Positions 26,143 through 36,202 of a DNA stretch of 64,000 bases are shown one piece after another. The notes beneath the pieces are model-generated. The model searched no databases, was not told where the DNA came from, and saw only the letters and a program-made list of their open reading frames with translations. The position numbers and the translations under genes were made by a program. The stretch is from Methanocaldococcus indicus (GTDB taxonomy: Archaea > AGJL01 > Methanococci > Methanococcales > Methanocaldococcaceae), in contig NZ_CP186926.1 in NCBI RefSeq assembly GCF_049554935.1, positions 960,001 through 1,024,000 of the forward strand. Direction: 5' to 3'. Position 1 is the first letter of the stretch, and each line of letters begins with the position of its first letter.

Positions 26143-27285
26143 TTTTTCTATTATCTCCCAACATATCTTTTTTTCTAATTCAACTGCTGGCTGGTTAAAA
26201 GCATCTACATTGTAAAGTTCTCCCATAAATCCAACTTGATACATATACATATATAGTAATTTACCTAAGTTTTTCTCATCTATCTTATTTAGTTCAATTT
26301 TTAAGTTAGGAATATTGTTAATTGTTAATGCCTTTTCTGTTGCTAATTGCTCAGATTTTATAATATCTGAGAGATATAGCTCTTTTCCATTTAATACAAC
26401 TTTGTCATCTTCTCCATATTCTTTAACACTTAGAAAAGTTACTATTTTATCTTTCTTTCCATCTAAATACAGTTGTAAAATGGAATGTTGGTCCTTAGCT
26501 CCTAAGGATATTAAAGGAGTTATTCCCTTCCCATCTTTTCCTAAACTTTCAGCTAACAACTGTTTATACCACTCTCCAAAATATTTTAATCTTTCAATAT
26601 AAATAAATAGAACTGAAATATCAAAACCTTTCAAATCATTTAGGTAGTGAATAACACCATTTAAAACAGCTGGATTTTTATAATCTTTTTGAATTTCTTT
26701 ATCTATCTCAATAGCTCCTTTTAATATTTTTTTAATATTTACATTTAAAGCACTTAAAGGAGCTAATCCAACAGAGGTAAATACAGAATATCTTCCAGGA
26801 ACATTTTCAGGAATATTTAATATTGGATAATTCTCTTTTTTTGCAATTTCTTTAAGTTTTCCACCATTTGTTATAAAAATAAACTTTGGATTTTTACATT
26901 TTCTTTTTATATATTGGTAATTTACTAATGTCTCTAATGTATTTCCTGACTTACTAACAACAAAAATTAATGTGTCATCATCTATCTCTTTAATAATTTT
27001 CAAAGTTTTTTCAGGGTCAGAGTTATCTATAAAATAACTACCTTCCAAATTTAAAGAGTGATATAGTGTCATAGTTCCTAAGATAGAGCCTCCCATTCCC
27101 ACAACAACTATCTTGTTGGATGAAAAATCATAACTATAATCATTATAGATAGATTCTCTAATTCCAACATCATTTTTTAGCTTTTTCTCAAAAGAATCTA
27201 TATACTTTTTAAAATCAAAGTTATTGAATTCTTCATGCACATATATTAATGAATTTTCATAAAAAAAATCCATAATCTCAACCAT
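26137..27285 (-). CDS. pgi: Glucose-6-phosphate isomerase
   Basis: GMGGS, SKSGNTLET, GRYSV, QLLAESLGK, DQHS, NQPAVELEK. Confidence 0.93.
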   Translation of the reverse strand: MVEIMDFFYENSLIYVHEEFNNFDFKKYIDSFEKKLKNDVGIRESIYNDYSYDFSSNKIVVVGMGGSILGTMTLYHSLNLEGSYFIDNSDPEKTLKIIKEIDDDTLIFVVSKSGNTLETLVNYQYIKRKCKNPKFIFITNGGKLKEIAKKENYPILNIPENVPGRYSVFTSVGLAPLSALNVNIKKILKGAIEIDKEIQKDYKNPAVLNGVIHYLNDLKGFDISVLFIYIERLKYFGEWYKQLLAESLGKDGKGITPLISLGAKDQHSILQLYLDGKKDKIVTFLSVKEYGEDDKVVLNGKELYLSDIIKSEQLATEKALTINNIPNLKIELNKIDEKNLGKLLYMYMYQVGFMGELYNVDAFNQPAVELEKKICWEIIEKL

Positions 27286-28512
27286 TTATGTCTCTATTTT
27301 ATGAATCTTTAATATTCTATTAACATCTTTTTCTTTAGCTCTAAATGTTATTATATGTTTATCATTTTCCTCTATATCTTCTAATATTTCTGTGTTCTCA
27401 TATAAATATGATATAAGTTTTGGATTATCAGTTTCAATAGTGCCAATTGATAGATTTAGGTTATCTAAAATCATTTTCTTTAATTTTTCAATATTTATAT
27501 TGTATTTAGCAGATACAAATATTGGATTTATTAAATATCTATCTAACTCGTTCAAAATTTCTAATTTTTTCTTCTCATCAATTTTATCAACTTTGTTTAA
27601 AACTGTTATAATTTGGGACTTACAATTAATTTTCTCTAAAATTTCATGATTAACTATAAGTTTTCTCTCAATTTCTTTTATATCTTCTGAGGCATCTACA
27701 ACTAATAAAATTAGGTCATTATTAGCACTTTCCTCAATTGTTGATAAAAATGCCTCAATCATAAAAGGAGGTAAGTCATCCATAAATCCAACTGTATCAG
27801 TTATTAATATCTTTCTTTTAATTCCTCTAATTCTCCTTGTTGTTGTAGTTAATGTAGTAAAAACTTGATTTTTAGCTTCTTTATTTTCTCCAGTTAATGC
27901 ATTTAATAAACTTGTTTTACCTGCATTTGTATATCCAACTAAACCAACAGAGTCATATTTTTCTCTCCTTTTTCTTAAAATTTTTCTATGCTCTTTTAAT
28001 TTTTCAAGCTTGTTTTTTATACTTTTAATTTCTCTTTTTATTTTTTGGTAGTATTTTTCAACTTCATAATCTCCATATCCACCAAATCCAGGCTGTTCTC
28101 CTTGCTTGGCTAATCTAACTTTTTCTTTTGCTCTTGGGAGTTCATATTGTAACTCTGCTAATTTGACTTGTAGTTGAGCTTCCTTAGTTTTAGCATGCTT
28201 ACTGAAAATTCTTAAAACTAATTCAATCTTATCAATAACTTCAACTTTAAACTCTTTAGCTAAATTATACTTTTGAGTAGGTGTTAAAGTATTACCAAAA
28301 ATAACAATGTCTATATTTTTATCTTTAACAATTTTAGAAAGTTTTTTTACAAAACCTTCTCCAATTTGATACTTACTATCTGGCTTTCTAATTTGAATAT
28401 ATGTTCCTTCAACCTCATACAGAACTTCAGCCAATTCTTTTAACTCTTCAATACTTTTTCTATCTTTTTTATTGTCCTTTCTTAATACTAATAAAGCTTT
28501 TATTAATATCAC
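27286..28512 (-). CDS. hflX: GTPase HflX
   Basis: GYTNAGKTS, FTTL, DTVGF, NKVD. Confidence 0.95.
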   Translation of the reverse strand: MILIKALLVLRKDNKKDRKSIEELKELAEVLYEVEGTYIQIRKPDSKYQIGEGFVKKLSKIVKDKNIDIVIFGNTLTPTQKYNLAKEFKVEVIDKIELVLRIFSKHAKTKEAQLQVKLAELQYELPRAKEKVRLAKQGEQPGFGGYGDYEVEKYYQKIKREIKSIKNKLEKLKEHRKILRKRREKYDSVGLVGYTNAGKTSLLNALTGENKEAKNQVFTTLTTTTRRIRGIKRKILITDTVGFMDDLPPFMIEAFLSTIEESANNDLILLVVDASEDIKEIERKLIVNHEILEKINCKSQIITVLNKVDKIDEKKKLEILNELDRYLINPIFVSAKYNINIEKLKKMILDNLNLSIGTIETDNPKLISYLYENTEILEDIEENDKHIITFRAKEKDVNRILKIHKIET

Positions 28513-28604
28513 CCAAAAATCTTATCAATTATATGGTTATTTAACACAATCTATATTAAATAAAAATAATCATAAAATAAGTTTATAGTTAATTATATTT
28601 AAAA

Positions 28605-29027
28605 TTATTTTAACTGTTCTAAAATAATAGCAGGGCAAATTTTCTTTACACCTTCTATTTTTCCTAACTTATTAAATATTAAGTCAGAGAACTCTTTACC
28701 ATCTTTTGCCCAAATTTCTGCCATAATCATATGGTCTCCTGTAGATGTAAAAACTTTTTTAACTTCATCAAATTTGCATAACTCCTTAGCAACATATAAA
28801 AATTTATCAGGTTCAGTATCAAATCCTGTTAATGCAACTACATTATATCCTAATTTAGATGGATCAATAATAACACTATATCCTTTAATAATTCCTTCTT
28901 CTTCCATCTTTTTTACTCTTTTTCTAATTGAGCTCTCACTTGTATTTAACTTTTTAGCTATTTCAGTATATGACATCCTACCATTTTCCATTAAAATTTT
29001 TAGTATTTTTAAATCTTTCTCATCCAT
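28605..29027 (-). CDS. Lrp/AsnC regulator (Ptr2-like)
   Basis: [29 protein letters not shown]. Confidence 0.9.
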   Translation of the reverse strand: MDEKDLKILKILMENGRMSYTEIAKKLNTSESSIRKRVKKMEEEGIIKGYSVIIDPSKLGYNVVALTGFDTEPDKFLYVAKELCKFDEVKKVFTSTGDHMIMAEIWAKDGKEFSDLIFNKLGKIEGVKKICPAIILEQLK

Positions 29028-29185
29028 AAATATCACATATAGTTTTTGATTTATTTGATATTTTAATTAAAGATATTTAAAGGTATATAATTTTAAAATA
29101 TTTTTCGTTAATTGTCGTATTTTAAAAATGTTTTTATAGTAATAATAAAATTTATAATGATTAATAATGACAAATTGGGAGGAGT

Positions 29186-29725
29186 ATGATAGAAGTAAGA
29201 TTTCATGGTAGAGGAGGACAAGGTGTTGTTACAGCGGCTCAACTGTTAGCTTATGCAGCTTTTTATGATGGAAAATATTCTCAAACATTCCCTTTTTTTG
29301 GAGTTGAAAGGAGAGGGGCTCCTGTTATGGCATTTACAAGAATAGATAAAGAAAAAATATTATTGAGATGTCAAGTTTATGAGCCTGATTATGTTGTTGT
29401 TCAAGATTCATCATTATTGGGAATTGTTAATATCTTAGAGGGTTTAAAAAAGGATGGTGTTGTTGTTATAAACACTGTAAAGAAAAAAGATGAGTTAAAT
29501 TTAGATTTTGAAAATGTCTATACTATTGATGCTACAAAGATAGCATTAGATGTTTTAGGAGTTCCTATTGTTAATACTGCAATGATAGGAGCATTAGCTG
29601 GAATAACAAAAATTGTAAGTTTAGATGGAATAAAAAAAGCAATATATAACAGATTTCCAGAAAAGTTGGCTGAGAAAAACTACAAAGCTGCTGAAATAGC
29701 ATATAAAGAAGTTAGTGGTGAATAA
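29186..29725 (+). CDS. porC: Pyruvate:ferredoxin oxidoreductase gamma
   Basis: [17 protein letters not shown]. Confidence 0.92.
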   Translation: MIEVRFHGRGGQGVVTAAQLLAYAAFYDGKYSQTFPFFGVERRGAPVMAFTRIDKEKILLRCQVYEPDYVVVQDSSLLGIVNILEGLKKDGVVVINTVKKKDELNLDFENVYTIDATKIALDVLGVPIVNTAMIGALAGITKIVSLDGIKKAIYNRFPEKLAEKNYKAAEIAYKEVSGE

Positions 29726-29728
29726 GTT

Positions 29729-29989
29729 ATGGTAAATATTGCAGCAGTAATATTTGAACCAGGTAGTTCTGTAAGAAATAAAACAGGTGGATGGAGAGTT
29801 TTCAAGCCTATTTTAGATGTTGAAAAATGTATAAAGTGTGAGATATGCTATATTTTCTGCCCAGAACCAGCTATTTATGAGGATGAAGAAGGAAATTTTA
29901 GAATTAACTATGAGTTTTGTAAGGGATGTTTAATCTGTGAAAATGAGTGTCCAGTTAATGCAATAACACATGTAAGAGAAGAGAAATAA
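29729..29989 (+). CDS. porD: Pyruvate:ferredoxin oxidoreductase delta
   Basis: KTGGWR, two ferredoxin motifs. Confidence 0.92.
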   Translation: MVNIAAVIFEPGSSVRNKTGGWRVFKPILDVEKCIKCEICYIFCPEPAIYEDEEGNFRINYEFCKGCLICENECPVNAITHVREEK

Positions 29990-30003
29990 AAAAAGGTGAA
30001 GTT

Positions 30004-31164
30004 ATGAAAAAAATTATAACAAGAGGAACTTATGCAGCTGCTGAGGCTGTTAGATTGGCTGATGTTGATGTTGTTGCTGCTTATCCAATAACTCCCCAAA
30101 CTGAATGTGTTGAAAAGATAGCTGAATTTATTGCTAATGGAGAGTTAGATGCAGAGTATATTAGAGTTGAAAGTGAGCATTCAGCAATATCTGCATTAGT
30201 TGGTGCTTCAGCTGCAGGAGCAAGAACTTTTACAGCAACAGCATCACAAGGTTTAGCATTAATGCATGAAATACTCTATATTGCCTCTGGTTTAAGATTA
30301 CCAATAGTTATGGCTAATGTTAATAGAGCTCTGTCAGCTCCTATCAATATATGGTGTGACCATCAGGATTCTATTTCTGAGAGAGATACAGGATGGATTC
30401 AGTTTTATGCAGAAAGTTGTCAAGAAGTATTTGATTTAGTATTACAAGCTTTTAGGATAGCTGAGGATAAAGATGTTCTTCTTCCAGTTATGGTTAATTT
30501 AGATGGATTTATACTTTCACATACTTATGAGCCAATTGAAATGCCAGAAAATGATGAAGCTAAGGAATTTGTTGGAGTTTATGAGCCACCACACTATTGT
30601 TTGAATCCTGATAATCCTGTTACTGTTGGAAGTGTTGGAGTTCCTGAATGTTATATGGAAACAAGAAAACAACTAAATGATGCAATAGAAAACTCAAGAA
30701 AAGTTATAAAAAAAGTTCATAAAGAGTATGCTAATAGATTTGGAAGAGTTTATGATTTTGTTGAAACATACAACTTAGAAAATGCAGATACTGTTTTAGT
30801 GGCTATGGGTTCTGTGTGTGGAACTATAAAATATGTTATAAGCAAATTAAAAGAGAAAGGAATTGTCAATGTTGGTTTATTAAAAATTAGTTGTTATAGA
30901 CCATTTCCAAAAGAAGAAGTAAAGAAATATCTAAAAGATGTTGAAAATATTGCTGTTTTAGATAAAAATGTATGTTTTGGATTTGATATGGGTAGTTTAG
31001 GATTGGATATTACTGCAACATTAAGAAAATATGATAATAAAATATGCAACTATATTGTTGGTTTAGGTGGGAGAGATATAAAAATTGAAGATATCAATAA
31101 AATTATTGAAGATGTTCAAAAAGCAAAAGATGATAAAACAGAGTGGATTGGACTATTAGAATAA
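30004..31164 (+). CDS. porA: Pyruvate:ferredoxin oxidoreductase alpha
   Basis: [22 protein letters not shown]. Confidence 0.92.
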   Translation: MKKIITRGTYAAAEAVRLADVDVVAAYPITPQTECVEKIAEFIANGELDAEYIRVESEHSAISALVGASAAGARTFTATASQGLALMHEILYIASGLRLPIVMANVNRALSAPINIWCDHQDSISERDTGWIQFYAESCQEVFDLVLQAFRIAEDKDVLLPVMVNLDGFILSHTYEPIEMPENDEAKEFVGVYEPPHYCLNPDNPVTVGSVGVPECYMETRKQLNDAIENSRKVIKKVHKEYANRFGRVYDFVETYNLENADTVLVAMGSVCGTIKYVISKLKEKGIVNVGLLKISCYRPFPKEEVKKYLKDVENIAVLDKNVCFGFDMGSLGLDITATLRKYDNKICNYIVGLGGRDIKIEDINKIIEDVQKAKDDKTEWIGLLE

Positions 31165-31183
31165 AAATTTTGGGGGATATTAT

Positions 31184-32074
31184 ATGAGATTTCCAAGAGA
31201 TGAACTATTTGCTCCTGGACATAGAGGTTGTGCTGGTTGTGGAGCATCAATGGTTGCAAGGATGGTTTTAAAAGTAGCTGGTAAAGACACAATAGTTGTC
31301 ACACCAACAGGATGTTTAGAGGTTTTTTCAACACCATATCCTGAAACTGCTTGGAGAGTTCCTTGGATTCATGTTGCTTTTGAAAATGCTGGAGCAGTAG
31401 CAAGTGGTGTTGAAGCAGCTATAAAGGCTCTAAAAAGAAAGAGAGGAAAATCTAAGGACAGAAAGATTAATATTATTGCAATTGGAGGAGATGGAGGAAC
31501 AGCAGATATTGGATTTCAATCATTGAGTGGAGCTATGGAAAGAGGGCATGATATACTATATATAATGTATGATAATGAGGCATATATGAACACAGGAGTC
31601 CAAAGAAGTTCAGAAACTCCATTATTTGCACAAACAACTACATCTCCTGCTGGAAAATGTAGTAAAGGAGAAAATAGGCCTAAAAAAGACATGGCATTTA
31701 TAATGGCAGCTCATGGCGTTCCTTATGTTGCAACAGCTTGTATATCTTATCCAGAAGATTTTATGAAGAAAGTTAAAAAAGCTCTTTCTATTGAAGGCCC
31801 TAAATTCATACATGTCCTACAACCTTGTACAGTTGGTTGGGGTTTTCCATCTAACAAAACAATTGAAATAGGTAGATTAGCAGTTGAAACAGGAGTATTT
31901 CCACTATTTGAGATAGAAAATGGAAAATTTAGATTAACTTATAAACCTTTAAAAAGAAAACCAGTTAAAGAATATATTAGAATGCAAAAGAGATACAGAC
32001 ACTTAACTGATGAGGATATTGAAATTATCCAAAAATATATTGATGAGAAATGCAAACTCTTAGGATTAGATTAA
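31184..32074 (+). CDS. porB: Pyruvate:ferredoxin oxidoreductase beta
   Basis: [22 protein letters not shown]. Confidence 0.92.
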   Translation: MRFPRDELFAPGHRGCAGCGASMVARMVLKVAGKDTIVVTPTGCLEVFSTPYPETAWRVPWIHVAFENAGAVASGVEAAIKALKRKRGKSKDRKINIIAIGGDGGTADIGFQSLSGAMERGHDILYIMYDNEAYMNTGVQRSSETPLFAQTTTSPAGKCSKGENRPKKDMAFIMAAHGVPYVATACISYPEDFMKKVKKALSIEGPKFIHVLQPCTVGWGFPSNKTIEIGRLAVETGVFPLFEIENGKFRLTYKPLKRKPVKEYIRMQKRYRHLTDEDIEIIQKYIDEKCKLLGLD

Positions 32075-32106
32075 AAATCAAAAAAAAAAAATTTTGAGGG
32101 ATAATA

Positions 32107-32598
32107 ATGAAGAAAATAATGATGATAAATGATTTATGTGACAACTGTGGAGTTTGTATAAGAGCATGTATGAAAAAACATAAAGTTTCAAGAATTGCAA
32201 TAATGGAAAAAAATAAAAAGTATCTTCCAATAGTTTGTCAGCACTGCACTTCAGCACCATGTAAAGATGTTTGTCCAGTTGGAGCAATATACTTCAAAAA
32301 TGGCTATGTGTATTTAGATGAGAATATTTGTATTGGTTGTGGGCTATGTGCATTAGCATGTCCATTTGGAGCCATAGTTATGGAAGATAAAGCGTACAAA
32401 TGTATTTTATGTGATGGAGAAGAGCCAGTTTGTGTTAAAGCATGTCCAAAAAAATGTTTAGATGTTGTTGATGTAAATGAACTTACATTTAAAAAAAGAG
32501 AGAAAGTTCTACCAATTTTTGAAAAAATAAAATTAGATGGAAATAAACCTTCTGATGTAATAGATAAAATAATAACTCCTGCTAAGATTAATTTATAA
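32107..32598 (+). CDS. 4Fe-4S protein of the por operon (PorE/PorF-like)
   Basis: Four Cys clusters; follows porB. Confidence 0.8.
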   Translation: MKKIMMINDLCDNCGVCIRACMKKHKVSRIAIMEKNKKYLPIVCQHCTSAPCKDVCPVGAIYFKNGYVYLDENICIGCGLCALACPFGAIVMEDKAYKCILCDGEEPVCVKACPKKCLDVVDVNELTFKKREKVLPIFEKIKLDGNKPSDVIDKIITPAKINL

Positions 32599-32627
32599 AA
32601 TTTTTTATTTTTAAAAGGTGAATTTTT

Positions 32628-33344
32628 TTGGCTATTGGAAAAGTTTATTTAGTTGGAGCTGGTCCAGGTGATAAAGAACTTATAACATTAAAAGCTATAA
32701 ATATATTAAAAAAAGCAGACGTTATTGTATATGATGCTTTAATTAACAAAGAGATACTAAACTATGCCAAAGAAGGTGCTGAACTGATATATGTTGGGAA
32801 AAGAAAGGACAAACATACCTTAAAGCAGGAAGAAATAAATAAATTATTGGTTAAGAAAGCTAAGGAAGGAAAGATTGTTGTAAGATTAAAAGGAGGAGAC
32901 CCATTTATATTTGGTAGGGGAGGAGAGGAGATTCTAGAATTAAAGAAAAACAATATTCCATATGAAGTAGTTCCAGGAGTTACATCAGCTATTGCTGTTC
33001 CTGAGGTTTTTGGTATTCCACTTACACATAGGGGAGTAGCAAAATCTTTAACAATTGTTACAGGGCATGAGATGGAAGGAGAGAATAAAGTAGATTTTAG
33101 TAAATTCCAAGCTGATACATTGGTTATATTAATGGGAATATCCAATTTAGATAAGATTGTTAATCAACTATTAAAAAGTAGGAGTGAAAATACGCCAATA
33201 GCTATTATAACAAATGCTTTCTTTGGAAATGAAAAGATTGTTAAAGGAACACTTAAAGATATTTTAGAGAAAGCTAAAAAAGAGGATATAAAACCACCAG
33301 GCATTATTGTTGTTGGTGATGTTGTTTCTCTAATGGACAGTTAG
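32628..33344 (+). CDS. cobA: Uroporphyrinogen-III C-methyltransferase
   Basis: VGAGPGD, RLKGGDPFIFGRGGEE, PGVTS. Confidence 0.95.
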   Translation: MAIGKVYLVGAGPGDKELITLKAINILKKADVIVYDALINKEILNYAKEGAELIYVGKRKDKHTLKQEEINKLLVKKAKEGKIVVRLKGGDPFIFGRGGEEILELKKNNIPYEVVPGVTSAIAVPEVFGIPLTHRGVAKSLTIVTGHEMEGENKVDFSKFQADTLVILMGISNLDKIVNQLLKSRSENTPIAIITNAFFGNEKIVKGTLKDILEKAKKEDIKPPGIIVVGDVVSLMDS

Positions 33345-33717
33345 GGCATTTTCCACAACATAAACATAATATTTTTTTATCTAATGAAGATACTCCAATA
33401 GTTATTAGCCCACAAACAACATTTTTATCTTTAAACAATTTCCTAACCTTTCTAAAACCAATACCACAAGATAGAACAATGATGTTCTTTTCTTTAATAT
33501 TTTGAGGAATGCTTTTATAGCATATACCATTAATTATTGTGTAGGAAACATTATATCCAAATTTTTTTAAAAAATTTGTTAATTGTAAAATACTATTTAT
33601 ATCTCCTGTTTTACAAATCTTAGCACAAATACCACAACTTAAAATATGAATATCCATGTCATCCAACAAATCATTTTTAATTAAATTGTAGTCTCTTTTT
33701 TTGGTTAAAACTACCAT
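33304..33717 (-). CDS. Cys-rich protein resembling the MetV N-terminal region
   Basis: SCGICAKICKTG, VLSCGIG, CLCCGKCPNCP. Confidence 0.5.
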   Translation of the reverse strand: MVVLTKKRDYNLIKNDLLDDMDIHILSCGICAKICKTGDINSILQLTNFLKKFGYNVSYTIINGICYKSIPQNIKEKNIIVLSCGIGFRKVRKLFKDKNVVCGLITIGVSSLDKKILCLCCGKCPNCPLEKQHHQQQ

Positions 33718-33723
33718 ATAACC

Positions 33724-34464
33724 TCATTTTTTTATTTCTTTTAACACAGAATCATAGGCTATATATCCAGCTTTATGTAATATTGTATCTCCAAGCTCCT
33801 TGTCTATTTTCATACTTGCTAAACATGGATAATTGTGATGTGCATTTGCTATTTCTTCTTTTACTTTTTCTATATCTAACTCCAATCCTTTTAATCTTTT
33901 AGCAATATAGTATGTTTCTCCACATGGAGATGATATAAGAACTTTAATATCTTTTATTTTGTTATCCTCTACTAATATATTTAATTTAGGTTTTCCTATT
34001 TTAAAGTAGTCAATAAATTTGTTAATATAGTTATATTCTTCTTTCTTCTCTAATGAGCAGAAAGGTTTTGGATTTGCAAACTCAATATTTAGCTTATCAC
34101 ATATCTTTTTTAGTTCTCTTCTCATTCCTAAGGATAAGTCTTCTGGACTTTCAGATGGCACTATTAAAGCTTTATATCCCTTATCTTTTAAATAGTAAGG
34201 AAGTTCATACAATAAATCTTCATGTAGCTGAGCTACACAAACATCTCCTTTTGGAATATCAGGAATATACTCCTCTGGCTCATCTATAAATTCAATATTA
34301 ACATCCTCTATAATGACTCTCTCTAAATCTTCTTTATAACTAAAATTACCTCTACAATTATAACAATCTTCACAAATTCTACAAAAATCAGGATTATTTA
34401 CAAGATGATTGTAAAACTTTTCCATTCTTTTGTTACTTTTATGATAGATAAATAGAGCTTTCAT
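33724..34464 (-). CDS. DUF166-family protein
   Basis: PKPFCSL, SSPCGETYY, HHNYPCLASM..D.ILHKAG. Confidence 0.75.
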   Translation of the reverse strand: MKALFIYHKSNKRMEKFYNHLVNNPDFCRICEDCYNCRGNFSYKEDLERVIIEDVNIEFIDEPEEYIPDIPKGDVCVAQLHEDLLYELPYYLKDKGYKALIVPSESPEDLSLGMRRELKKICDKLNIEFANPKPFCSLEKKEEYNYINKFIDYFKIGKPKLNILVEDNKIKDIKVLISSPCGETYYIAKRLKGLELDIEKVKEEIANAHHNYPCLASMKIDKELGDTILHKAGYIAYDSVLKEIKK

Positions 34465-35017
34465 TTTTTTCCCTCTTATGGTTGTGATAATAATATTCTC
34501 TTTAAAAAACTTTTTTTTATCATATTTAAGTTTAGAATAAACATAACCACTATAAAAACATTCTTTTATTGGATTTTTTGCAGTTTTCTATCCTATTCCA
34601 TCAGTTATTCATAATAAATTGGACATTGTTGTTATTGTTTTTTAATAAATTGATTATTATAATTCTATATTATAAACTTTGGAATCAAAAAAATAAAATA
34701 GTACGGATTAAATCCTATATTAATTGTGATTAAACCATTTAAATCACATTTAAAGAATTAATAGCTAATAATTTAAATACCTTAAGTATAGTCCATTTAG
34801 TAAAATTAAAAAACATAAAAATTGAAGTTTTAGGTAAAAAAGTTAAAATAGAAGATTTAAAAATGACTTCAACGAAAATAAAACTAAATTAAAGACTGTT
34901 AACCGGAGAAATTCTTATAATATCTGATAGTAAATATTCCTATAGATACAGAAAGATATTAACTTGGTCCTAACAAAAAAATATTAATAAATGAAGTATT
35001 TTAAAATGGTAATTTTT

Positions 35018-36015
35018 ATGCCTAACTATTATTTAATAGCACTTTCTAATAAAGAAAACCTAGAAATATGTAAAAAAGAATTAATGGCAGGATTTCCAAA
35101 CAGTAAAAATGGTTTTTGGGCATATTTAGAAATAAACGAGGGAGACTATGTATCTTTTTTATATGGAGCTAAAATACATAATTTGTATAAAGTATCAAAA
35201 AAAATAACATATAAAAACAAAGAAGATTCAGAAAAACCCTGGAAAAAATAGCTTTTCGGTCAGAAAAAGGAAAGAGGGAATATAATTTTCCATTTAGATT
35301 GCTTTTAGAGCAAATTAGGGAATTTGAAGAATCCTTAGTAAAGACAGAATTTATATATATTGCGGAGGATTTATTGCCTAGAGGTGGATATAAAAAAACA
35401 CATTTTCAAGCTGATGAAACAACATTAAATTATGTTTCTAAAATCGGTAAAACAAAAAATAAAATATATGACCAAAAATGGATTAAACAAAGTATAATAC
35501 CAAAAATAACATTTAATAAAAATAATATTGATCCACCATATGTATGTCTTTTTGACGAATTAATATTGCAAGTTTTAATAAAGGAATATATAGGAAATAA
35601 TTCAGGTAATGTTTTTAATAAAATTTTAAATTATTTCAATATAAATGAAAATTATTATGATTTTGAAGTTTTAAGCGAAAAAGCAATATCTTCTGGATAT
35701 ATTGACTTACTAATAAAAAGAAGACATCCTATAGGAAAAGACCATAAAATTATAATTGAAGTCAAGAAAAACAAAAGTAGAAAAAAAGACATTGAACAAT
35801 TAACAAAATATATGGAAGAATTAGAAGACTGTGTCGGAGGTATTTTAGTAGCAAATAATTTTACTAAAACATGTTTTAAACAAATTAGTAAAACTGATAA
35901 AAAAATATTATTTATCAAATATGATTTTAAAAACTTAGATAAAACAAAAGATTATGTTTTTCAAGATCTATTTAATATGCTAAATTTGAATATTGGATAT
36001 CAATTGTTTTTATGA
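35018..36015 (+). pseudogene. EVE-like domain fused to NucS/DUF91-like PD-(D/E)XK nuclease, frameshifted at an A6 run
   Basis: One extra A at 35243-35248 joins ..EINEGDYVSFLY..PWKK to IAFRS..FPFRLLLE; later GYIDLL..IIEVKK..IEQLTKY..GILVA. Confidence 0.7.
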
Positions 36016-36202
36016 GGTCTCAATGATTAAAAACATTTTATGTAAATATATCGTGATTCATTGTTAAAAGTTGTTGTCATTATAGCTGACATGCTGAAAT
36101 TATGTTATTATATTATTGCCAATCGTATCTTTTCCGTAAATAGTTTTTTACTTTTCCCTATTATGTTTTTTGACAAACCTAGTTACTTATAATTTACAAA
36201 AT

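Noticed and set aside
29095-29125. Possible Ptr2 operator half-sites (ttttcgt, ttgtcgt) between the Lrp gene and porC
   Set aside because: Only half-site resemblance in AT-rich DNA; not supportable
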